This document shows positions 1 to 6,992 of a stretch of 39,492 nt of DNA, in pieces (the first letter of the stretch is position 1; each line of letters opens with the position of its first letter). Under the pieces are notes generated by a model. It was given only the letters and a program-made list of their open reading frames with translations. It was not told where the DNA came from and made no database searches. Origin of the DNA: a virus; IMG/VR virus record IMGVR_UViG_3300030419_005136, positions 1 to 39,492 of that record; one strand, written 5' to 3'. Position numbers and translations under genes: made by a program.

Positions 1-99
1 CCGCAATAGCACCGGCAATAGGCGCAGCGGCGCGGCGCAGCACGGCCAAACCTTGGCTAGTGGCGTTAACGTCTTGGTTAAACTGACGGCTACGGCGGG
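1..99. repeat. 99-bp terminal direct repeat, identical to 39394..39492; contig overlap of a circular molecule
   Basis: Bases 1-99 recur exactly at 39394-39492. The tape-measure reading frame runs through the junction in frame. Confidence 0.9.
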
Positions 100-223
100 A
101 GCCGCGGTCAAAGCCCTGGTTGAGCTTGCCCAGCTCGCTATCGGTCGCCCGTATTGCGCGAATGCCGCCGCTAGCGTCGCCGGTAATGATTAACCCTGTT
201 TTATGTTCGCGTCCACGGGACAT
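1..223 (-). CDS. 5' end of the tape measure gene (ATG at 223); continues across the circular junction into 39393..34733
   Basis: Minus strand reads gaggtgccgccATG then MSRGREHKTGLIITGDASGG...ATSQGLAVLRRAAAP with no stop. It is in frame with ORF 34733..39442 (223-49=174 nt). A GAGGTG SD lies upstream. Confidence 0.8.
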   Translation of the reverse strand, partial: MSRGREHKTGLIITGDASGGIRAIRATDSELGKLNQGFDRGSRRSRQFNQDVNATSQGLAVLRRAAAPIAGAIA

Positions 224-245
224 GGCGGCACCTCAAATAACGGGC

Positions 246-271
246 AAAAAAAATGCCCGCACTAGGCGGGC
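246..271 (-). terminator. intrinsic terminator after the moron, just upstream of the tape measure start
   Basis: Minus strand GCCCGC-ctagt-GCGGGC followed by A+T8. Confidence 0.7.
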
Positions 272-290
272 TCGGGCTTATCGTGAATTT

Positions 291-641
291 CTAGTATTGA
301 AAATGGTCTGAAATATAATGAATATCGCGGGTCAATCGCTCCTGACTTCGTATGTGTTGCTGCATGCGGACGTTATCTACTCCTAAAAACGCCTGATCAC
401 CGTCGCGCTGGAACCTCTCCATAAACGCATCCGAAAGAGGCTCATAACGTTCATCCAGATAACGGTGAAATACTTCACAGCGATCTGCACCACCACCACC
501 ACGAATTTCTCTACGGCAATTAGCTGCCAAGTCTCTCGCCATTTCGGTGGCAGCTTCATACTCAACGAACGTTACCCCTCCATACACGGGCAGCGCTGTA
601 CTAAAAAGAACCACTGATATTGCCAATAATCGCTTGATCAC
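291..641 (-). CDS. small secreted or periplasmic protein (moron gene 2), function unknown
   Basis: ORF 291..695. The likely start is GTG 641, giving the signal-peptide-like N-terminus VIKRLLAISVVLFSTALPVYG. The mature part has 2 Cys. G+C is visibly lower than in the flanks. The start codon is uncertain (GTG 695 is the alternative). Confidence 0.5.
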   Translation of the reverse strand: MIKRLLAISVVLFSTALPVYGGVTFVEYEAATEMARDLAANCRREIRGGGGADRCEVFHRYLDERYEPLSDAFMERFQRDGDQAFLGVDNVRMQQHIRSQERLTRDIHYISDHFQY

Positions 642-669
642 TTTCGCTAACCTACGTAATTGATGGTAT

Positions 670-972
670 TCAAATCGGCTTACCACAGTTATCACACGTT
701 TTGCGTCGGTCTGATACCTCCGCTTGGCAGCTTCTGCATACCACCCTACCGCCCGCTATCGGCGCGGCTTCCTGATTCGCCGCTTTAGAATTACTCACGG
801 CTGAAACAAGCATCCACACTGACCCAACAGCTACAACTAACGCCATCAAACCGCCAAAAATAACCAAGTGCAGGCCATAAACAGCCGCCAACGCTAAAGC
901 GACACCCAACAGCCAAGGCGCCAAGATCACCGCGATAATGACCAGCACCACAAGTATTAATATTTGCACCAT
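670..972 (-). CDS. small polytopic membrane protein with C-terminal CxxC...CxxC zinc ribbon (moron gene 1)
   Basis: ATG 972 with a GAGGTG SD. About 60 hydrophobic residues (2-3 TM helices) are followed by CRSCQAEVSDRRKTCDNCGKPI. G+C is low. Confidence 0.6.
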   Translation of the reverse strand: MVQILILVVLVIIAVILAPWLLGVALALAAVYGLHLVIFGGLMALVVAVGSVWMLVSAVSNSKAANQEAAPIAGGRVVCRSCQAEVSDRRKTCDNCGKPI

Positions 973-1028
973 TGCCCTTCACCTCTCACTGAACCAAAAG
1001 GCAACTTAGCGCACTTGGCCTGCATTGG

Positions 1029-1879
1029 CTACGCCACAAACGCCCCATCCCCATACCCAGCGGGCAGGTGCTGCACGTTCATCAGCTCCTGCGCGTTGAT
1101 ACGCTGCTGGCATTCCAGCTGATAGCTCAGCTCGGCGCGGGCGTCGATGGCCTGGGTGATTCGCTGCTGCTCTTCGGCCTCCTGCTGTGCCAGGGCGTGG
1201 TGTTCGTTCAGGGCGTCGAGCGCGCCCGCTTCTATGTGCTGCACCTGCGCCAGCAGGGCATCCTGTTCATCGAACCCCAGCCGGGCAAATTTGGGGTGTC
1301 CGTAGAGGGCGGTGTAGTCAATCCCCTGGTGATGGGCACCGCCCATGCCTGCGACCACGCGCCACTGGGTGCGCATGGCCAGAAACAGCTCCAGCGCTGG
1401 CCAGTGTTCCTCCCATACGCCGTAGGTTTCCGGCGCGGGAGCGCGGGGCTTGTTGCGCTGGATGCCCCACGCCTTGGCGTCTTCCTCGGTGTGGTCTTTA
1501 ATCGACCGGGCACCCGCCCACCACTGGCCAGCGCCGCTTAGTTTTTTGCAGCGGCCTGGCTGCGGCCTTCTTGGGCAGCGAACCAGGAGAGGATCAGCGG
1601 GCGGCGAATGTAGGTGGTTTGCATGAGCTGTTCTACCAGCTCTTTGTTGAACGGCATGTCGTTGCCGTTTTCGTCCTTGATGCCGCTCACGCTTTCCAGA
1701 TCGTCGAGCAACTCTTCGTCGTGTTTCTCTCCCTTCTGTTGCGCTTCGACCGTGGCGCGGTAGGTATCCCAGTCGTGCAGCTTCCACGTGGCTTGGATGG
1801 TGGAGGGCTTCTCTTCGCCCGGCACTTGAACAGGTACATCCACGGTGGTGGTGGGGATCTTTTTCAGCACTAATGACAT
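1029..1879 (-). CDS. tail assembly chaperone G-T fusion made by -1 programmed frameshift
   Basis: The G frame ends ...GCA AAA AAC TAA. The -1 frame continues KKLSGAGQWW... to the stop at 1029. The position between the major tail and tape measure genes matches lambda G/T. Confidence 0.7.
1538..1879 (-). CDS. tail assembly chaperone (gpG-like)
   Basis: A 113-aa acidic protein directly downstream of the major tail gene, ending at the slippery site. Confidence 0.75.
   Translation of the reverse strand: MSLVLKKIPTTTVDVPVQVPGEEKPSTIQATWKLHDWDTYRATVEAQQKGEKHDEELLDDLESVSGIKDENGNDMPFNKELVEQLMQTTYIRRPLILSWFAAQEGRSQAAAKN
1541..1547 (-). other. slippery heptamer A-AAA-AAC for the -1 frameshift
   Basis: Plus strand gtttttt at 1541-1547 is AAAAAAC on the minus strand in X-XXY-YYZ phase with the G frame. 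It lies immediately before the G stop codon. Confidence 0.7.
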
Positions 1880-1956
1880 GGTGTTTTCCTTGAAATGGGT
1901 AGGGGTAGAACAAACACGCCGCCCATTGGACGGCGTGGTGTGGCTGGTTGGTTGGG

Positions 1957-2904
1957 TTAGGTGAAGACGTATTTCACGTCGTCGTCGTTGCTGCCGGTGG
2001 GTAGGTAACGGATTTCCATGCCGTAGTGCATGATGCCTTGGTTGTCGCTGGGCGTGATGTTCGCGGCCTGCGCCTGCAGCCCTTCGGCTTTGATGATGTT
2101 GCCGGGGGTGGTGCCGTGAGTGAGCGCGACTGCGCCCAAGGTCACGCCCTGGTGGCTTTCGACTTTCTCGAAGGCGTTGAAGTCGGCCAGCGCGGGGGCT
2201 TCGATGGTGATGTTGCCCGTTACGCGGCGGTCGGTGATGTGAACGCCTTCGTAGCCGACGAGATTGCGGTATTCCACTTGGTTGCCTGCGTTTTGGCTAA
2301 ACGCTTGCAGGCGCGCCGGGTAGCCGAACAGGGTAAACGTGCTGTTCTGTTTGTTGATCGGAACCTCACCGGCCACGGTGCTTTCTGCGCCCTGCACAGT
2401 GGGGGCGTTTTGGGGGCGGCTGTAAAGGCCGGTGAGGTTGAACTGCCAGTACGGAAGGCTTTGGGCATCCGCGCCAACCTCGTAGGTGCCACGAGCGCCC
2501 CTAATCTCTTGCACTTGGCCATCTTCGTACCACCAGATTGTGACGCTATCCATGCCCTGAGAAACGGGCTGGTAGGTGACGCTTTCGCTACCAGTGGTGT
2601 TGTCGATGGTTTCCGACAGCGCACAGGCCCGCAATAGCGGGGAGTACGCGGGCGGCTCGCCAGCGGTACCGGAGCCGGAGAACGGCACGCGAATTTGGCG
2701 TTCAACGCTGGGGCCGGTGTTGATCTGCTCAAAGTTGCCGAAGCCGTAGCGCATGCGCTCACGCTCGACGGTGTTACCTGCGTAGGGGTTGCCTGCGTCC
2801 AGCATGACCACTTCTAGAATGGTGGCGGTGGCGGGGTCCGGCGCTACGCCGTACTGGGTTTCTACGGCCACCACGGCTAGGCGGCGTCGCCATTGCTTAC
2901 TCAT
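1957..2904 (-). CDS. major tail tube protein
   Basis: A 315-aa ORF with a GAGGT SD, located between the tail terminator and the G/T chaperones. The assignment is positional; I did not recognise the family beyond that. Confidence 0.65.
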   Translation of the reverse strand: MSKQWRRRLAVVAVETQYGVAPDPATATILEVVMLDAGNPYAGNTVERERMRYGFGNFEQINTGPSVERQIRVPFSGSGTAGEPPAYSPLLRACALSETIDNTTGSESVTYQPVSQGMDSVTIWWYEDGQVQEIRGARGTYEVGADAQSLPYWQFNLTGLYSRPQNAPTVQGAESTVAGEVPINKQNSTFTLFGYPARLQAFSQNAGNQVEYRNLVGYEGVHITDRRVTGNITIEAPALADFNAFEKVESHQGVTLGAVALTHGTTPGNIIKAEGLQAQAANITPSDNQGIMHYGMEIRYLPTGSNDDDVKYVFT

Positions 2905-3082
2905 TGGTATCTACCTCTTGCTTGGCCGCTGCCTTAGCGGGCTTGGGTGCTGCATCGGTTTTCACTGGCGCGGCGGGTTGCGTGTTTGCCTCCGTGGCGG
3001 GCTTTGCGGGCGCGGGCTGGGTGTTGTGCACGAGCACGCGCTTGCCGCCACGGATCTCGTAGCGGCCTCCTGCATTGGGCAT
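2897..3082 (-). CDS. small Lys/Ala/Pro-rich hypothetical protein
   Basis: ATG 3082 is preceded by GGAGGA. The 61-aa product is MPNAGGRYEIRGGKRVLVHN...KPAKAAAKQEVDTNE. It overlaps the major tail gene start by 8 nt. Confidence 0.4.
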   Translation of the reverse strand: MPNAGGRYEIRGGKRVLVHNTQPAPAKPATEANTQPAAPVKTDAAPKPAKAAAKQEVDTNE

Positions 3083-3100
3083 GGGGCTTCCTCCAGGCAT

Positions 3101-3123
3101 AAAAAAACCCGCACGCGGCGGGG
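3101..3123 (-). terminator. intrinsic terminator between the tail terminator gene and the small ORF/major tail gene
   Basis: Minus strand CCCGC-cgcgt-GCGGG followed by T7. Confidence 0.6.
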
Positions 3124-3142
3124 TGTTGGGTGGTGGTGATGG

Positions 3143-3541
3143 CTAATTGCGCAGCCAGGTGTCGGTGGTCCAGAACTCTCGCCACCAGATCAGCTCGCCG
3201 CGAATGTCGGTCGTTTGCCCACCCCGGTACTGCATCGGGTTGTGCTGGGGGCTAAAGCCGTGCCCCATCAGCGCCTCGCGCAGTGCTTGGCGCTGGGCTT
3301 TGAACTCGCTGCGCTTGCACACCAGCCAAATGCCGTAGGTCAGGCGCACTTCCTGCACTGGGCGCGTGGTCTGGGCATCGCCTTTGGCGGAATCCTCCGC
3401 AAAATAGGCCAGCGCGGCGGGGGTTTGGGCTTCGAAGTTGTCGATGGGGTCGGCAAACCACGCTTCTTGTACGGTGGCCATGCCTGGGCATTTGTCGCGC
3501 AAACGCGCCAGCAGGTCGTCGATAATGTCCGGGTCGGTCAT
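3143..3541 (-). CDS. tail terminator protein (gpU position)
   Basis: A 132-aa ORF whose size and order (after Z-like, before major tail) match lambda U. Its start forms an ATGA-type overlap with the upstream gene. Confidence 0.6.
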   Translation of the reverse strand: MTDPDIIDDLLARLRDKCPGMATVQEAWFADPIDNFEAQTPAALAYFAEDSAKGDAQTTRPVQEVRLTYGIWLVCKRSEFKAQRQALREALMGHGFSPQHNPMQYRGGQTTDIRGELIWWREFWTTDTWLRN

Positions 3542-4140
3542 GTTAGGCCTGCTTTGCGGTTGAGGATGTAATTCAGCCGGTCGTTAAACTGCTGGGGTAG
3601 GTCGTCGCGCACCAGCTCCTGCGCGGCTTCCATGACCTGCTGGTTACCGACCATTTCAGGGACTGATGGGCCAAAGCGCATTTCCGGGGTGCTTTTGTTG
3701 TCGTCCTTGTCGCTGCGGCGGTAGATGTGGTTTTTGGCCAACCAGCCACCCTGCACCAGCTGCCGCCCGCGATCCTTGCGCACTCGCACCGTCACGCCTC
3801 TACGGCGCGCCATGCTGCCCTTACGGGGGCCGCTTTGTACCCGCCGCTTGGAACTCACCGTCACCCAGCGCTCACGGGGCTTGAACTGCGCCAGCGGTAA
3901 CCGCCTGCCGGTGTAGAGAATCGCCCGCCCATCGCCACGGTCTAACCGCTGAATGCGTAGGCGCTTGCGAATATCCCCCGCGCTAATATCGTAACGCTGC
4001 CGGGTTTCCCGACTAATCAGCGTGGCCGCTTTGCGAGCGGTGGCGTTCACCGCCCAGCTCAGCGCTTTTTCTACGTCTTTGGGGTCGAACTGCTGTTTCA
4101 GCTCCTGCAGATCGCGCACATCAAATTGCAGGTTGGGCAT
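3538..4140 (-). CDS. minor tail protein Z-like (tail completion)
   Basis: ATG 4140 with a GGGGGAG SD. The 200-aa basic protein has an Arg/Lys-rich centre (...SSKRRVQSGPRKGSMARRRGVTVRVRK...), as in lambda gpZ. Confidence 0.6.
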   Translation of the reverse strand: MPNLQFDVRDLQELKQQFDPKDVEKALSWAVNATARKAATLISRETRQRYDISAGDIRKRLRIQRLDRGDGRAILYTGRRLPLAQFKPRERWVTVSSKRRVQSGPRKGSMARRRGVTVRVRKDRGRQLVQGGWLAKNHIYRRSDKDDNKSTPEMRFGPSVPEMVGNQQVMEAAQELVRDDLPQQFNDRLNYILNRKAGLT

Positions 4141-4156
4141 AACTCCCCCTTTGGCG

Positions 4157-4465
4157 CTACGACACCCACACTCGCCGCCACTGGCCATCGTCCTCTAACA
4201 CCTGCTGCACCCGCCACGTGCGATCCGGCAGCGCGACGGTATCGCCCTGCCGGGATTCCGGCACCCGCTCAACAGGCAACAGGATTGTGGCCACGCGCAT
4301 GGCCACTTGGTCCTGGTCGTAGACTTCGTGGCTTAGATCCAGCTGATACGGCACTTCCAGCAGCGCGGGGCCGCTGACGGGGGTGTAGGTGGCGGTGCCG
4401 TCGGTGAGACGATCCATAAAGACACGGTTAGCCCGCGCCGTAGCGCGGGCAAAGCGGCTGGCCAT
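4157..4465 (-). CDS. head-tail joining protein (gpFII-like)
   Basis: The C-terminal block RQGDTVALPDRTWRVQQVLEDDGQWRRVWV resembles lambda FII RRGDTLTIGEENFWVDRVSPDDGGSCHLWL. Confidence 0.6.
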   Translation of the reverse strand: MASRFARATARANRVFMDRLTDGTATYTPVSGPALLEVPYQLDLSHEVYDQDQVAMRVATILLPVERVPESRQGDTVALPDRTWRVQQVLEDDGQWRRVWVS

Positions 4466-4779
4466 TACTGCACCAACAGGAAGTCAGCAGTGCCGTTCGC
4501 CTCGTCTGCCGTTAGCTTGCCGCACGGGGTCGATCCTGCCGTACCATCGGCGACCAGCTCACCGGCCAGCACAGCCACTTTAGAGCCAGCAGTGAGGCCG
4601 TTAGCACAAGGAACGTTCCACACGCCGCCCGTGTGACCAACGAACGGCTCTCCGGCGGCGGCGTCATCCAGCGGCACGACCACTAGGTCGTTAATCGCTA
4701 CGGGGATGCCCGACAAAACGCCGCCAGCGGGGGCGATGAACGTAGGCGCGGAACCGCTTTGCACAAAATTCTTAGCCAT
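4465..4779 (-). CDS. DUF2190-like head protein (decoration or cement candidate)
   Basis: ATG 4779 with a GGAGGT SD. A 104-aa Gly/Ala/Val-rich protein immediately after the capsid gene. Confidence 0.5.
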   Translation of the reverse strand: MAKNFVQSGSAPTFIAPAGGVLSGIPVAINDLVVVPLDDAAAGEPFVGHTGGVWNVPCANGLTAGSKVAVLAGELVADGTAGSTPCGKLTADEANGTADFLLVQ

Positions 4780-4812
4780 GGGGTTTACCTCCAAGGGTTA
4801 ACAAGCGCCCAT

Positions 4813-4833
4813 AAAAAAACCGCTCAAGGCGGC
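4813..4833 (-). terminator. intrinsic terminator after the capsid gene
   Basis: Minus strand GCCGC-cttga-GCGGT followed by T7. The 21-nt string aaaaaaaccgctcaaggcggc is identical to 30134-30154. Confidence 0.55.
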
Positions 4834-4862
4834 TGATTATGGGCGGTGGATTGGCCTAGCGG

Positions 4863-6992
4863 TTATGCGCCGGGCATCTTAACGATGGTGCGGTACGACA
4901 TAGGCGCAACGCCTGCATCCATGCGCACCTTGAACACCGCACCATCTACCGTGAAGCCTTGCTGCTGCTCAAGGTAGGGCTGATCGTTGCCGTCTAGGTA
5001 AGCCACCTCAATGGTGTCATGCTGGCTGGGGTCCGCTACTAGGTAGCTATCTAATGCGCTTTGATCATCAAGGCGCGCATCGGAAATAACCTCTACCAAA
5101 TTGCGCACGGGGTTGGGTACTTTGGCCTCAGCCATAGCAGGGTCGTACTCAGCCGCCAGCAGCGCCTTAGCAGTGCTCTCCAGGCCCACCGGCACCAGTT
5201 GGTAAGCGGGGCGAATGTTGAGCACCGCGTTACCCTCTTTCTGCTTGCGCATCATCGTTTTGCCTTGGTCGTAGCGGGCAATCGACAACGCGCCAGCGCT
5301 GAGCTGGTTATTGTGGTCAGCGTGGAAGAGCGCTTTGCCATCGCTCATTTTCGGGTTACTTCCCAAAATGGCGTACACAAGATCACCCACCGTGCGAATC
5401 GCGGCGCGGCCCATCATGCGAGGGATGCGGGTAAACGCGCCGAGATCATCGTTGATAATCATCTGCCGGGTAATGCTCAGCAGCTCACCGTAGGTGGCCA
5501 GGGCGATCTTCTCTTTGCGGTCGCCCACGCTGGCGTACTTGTATTCCGCACCCTCGCGCACTTTGCGTAGGCTGGGGAACGAGGTCAGGTCGACGCGCTC
5601 CATTTCGCGGAAGTCGGGCAGCGAGCCGCGCGCCGTCCAGCGCTGGAACGTCTCTTCTGCCTCTTCGTAACCGCGCAGCATTTGACGGCGGGCCACGTCC
5701 GACAGGATGTTGCCAAAATCGCCCGTGGTGTGGGTGAAGGCCGCGCCCACCATGCCCATGACGTCGCCGCGATAGCTGGCAATACCAACGCCGTTATCGA
5801 CTAGATACGCCCGCGCCATTTCACGCAGCGACATACCCGCGTAGGCGTTGTCGCTTTCCAGCGTCTCCAGCTGCACACGGGCCGCTAGCGAGTTTTGCAG
5901 GCCGTCGCGCACGATGTTGCCGTTGCCCGCGTGAATGTGCGCGTCCGGGCGCGGCGGGGCGGTGGGCGTGGTGCCACTGCCCAATGCCTGCAGCAGCTTG
6001 TCCTTAGCGGCGGCGGCATCAATCGTAAAATCGTTCAGGCACTCTTGCTGCAGCGCTGCGTGAGTAGTGCCAAACGGGGCGAACACGGCGGCGACCGCTT
6101 GGCGGCGCTGCTGCTCTTCCTGCTGGAACTGCTCACGGGTGTAGCCTGCCGTCGGGACCGGGTTAGCCGGTGCCGGGTTAGCGGGCGCGGTGGGTGCAGC
6201 GCCAGAAGGAGCCGGGGCCGGTGCCGGGTTAGCCGGGGGACTGCTATTTTCAGGAGGCTGTGAATTGCTTTGCGCACGCGGTGCGATTAGGTTTTTGAGC
6301 TTCTCAGGCATTTGGTCAAACTCCTCAATTCGTTTTGAACTTAGCGATGCAGCTATTTTCAATGGCTGCATAAGTTGATCGGCAAAGCCATGCTCTACCG
6401 CTTGCGCTCCGTCAAGCCAGGTTGTTTCAGCCAGCATTTGATGAAGCTCATCTGCCGATTTTCCTGTTTTGGACGCATAGGCTGGAATAAATGTGTTTTC
6501 TACCAGGTCTAACAGCTTCGCGTATTCACGCATGTCATTAGCATTACCAACCTGCATTCCCCAAGGCTTATGGATCATCATGAATGCATTTTCAGGCATG
6601 ATGATCACATCACCCACCATCGCAATCACCGAGGCCATAGAAGCTGCAAGGCCTAGTATTTCCACCTCAATTCGAGCCGGGTGTTTCATCAGCTGGTTAT
6701 AAATATCAGTACCTTGAAAAACATCACCACCGCCGCTATGGATATATAGCTTGATTAGTGAAACGTTTTTCAGGGCATCAAGCTCTGCTTTGAAGTCTCT
6801 TGCAGTAAGCGCCCCCTCTCCTATTTCGTCATAAATCGCAATCTCAACAATGCCACTACCGCTTGCATTAATTTTGTACCAGTCGCCTTTTTTTACTGTA
6901 TCAATCGGCGTGGCTTTAGCTTTCGGTGCCAATAACAGGCTCCCGGTTAGCGCGGCGGGCAGCGCCTTGAGGGGGTGCGTTAGGTGATCCAT
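4863..6992 (-). CDS. prohead protease - scaffold/linker - major capsid protein fusion
   Basis: ATG 6992 with a GGGAG SD. The N-terminus is ClpP/S14-like (GLAASMASVIA, MIHKPWG). A Pro/Ala-rich linker follows. The C-terminus is Mu gpT-like capsid (IINDDLGAF, LFHADHNN). It is one uninterrupted 709-aa frame. Confidence 0.75.
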   Translation of the reverse strand: MDHLTHPLKALPAALTGSLLLAPKAKATPIDTVKKGDWYKINASGSGIVEIAIYDEIGEGALTARDFKAELDALKNVSLIKLYIHSGGGDVFQGTDIYNQLMKHPARIEVEILGLAASMASVIAMVGDVIIMPENAFMMIHKPWGMQVGNANDMREYAKLLDLVENTFIPAYASKTGKSADELHQMLAETTWLDGAQAVEHGFADQLMQPLKIAASLSSKRIEEFDQMPEKLKNLIAPRAQSNSQPPENSSPPANPAPAPAPSGAAPTAPANPAPANPVPTAGYTREQFQQEEQQRRQAVAAVFAPFGTTHAALQQECLNDFTIDAAAAKDKLLQALGSGTTPTAPPRPDAHIHAGNGNIVRDGLQNSLAARVQLETLESDNAYAGMSLREMARAYLVDNGVGIASYRGDVMGMVGAAFTHTTGDFGNILSDVARRQMLRGYEEAEETFQRWTARGSLPDFREMERVDLTSFPSLRKVREGAEYKYASVGDRKEKIALATYGELLSITRQMIINDDLGAFTRIPRMMGRAAIRTVGDLVYAILGSNPKMSDGKALFHADHNNQLSAGALSIARYDQGKTMMRKQKEGNAVLNIRPAYQLVPVGLESTAKALLAAEYDPAMAEAKVPNPVRNLVEVISDARLDDQSALDSYLVADPSQHDTIEVAYLDGNDQPYLEQQQGFTVDGAVFKVRMDAGVAPMSYRTIVKMPGA

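Noticed and set aside
120-311. 63-aa plus-strand ORF at the start of the window
   Set aside because: It lies antisense to the in-frame 5' end of the tape measure gene and runs across the terminator hairpin. It has no SD. It is a high-GC antisense artefact.
1029-1913. 294-aa ORF read as a single independent gene
   Set aside because: Its upstream two-thirds is only an open alternative frame over the G chaperone gene. Only the part downstream of the A-AAA-AAC slip site is plausibly translated, as the G-T frameshift product.
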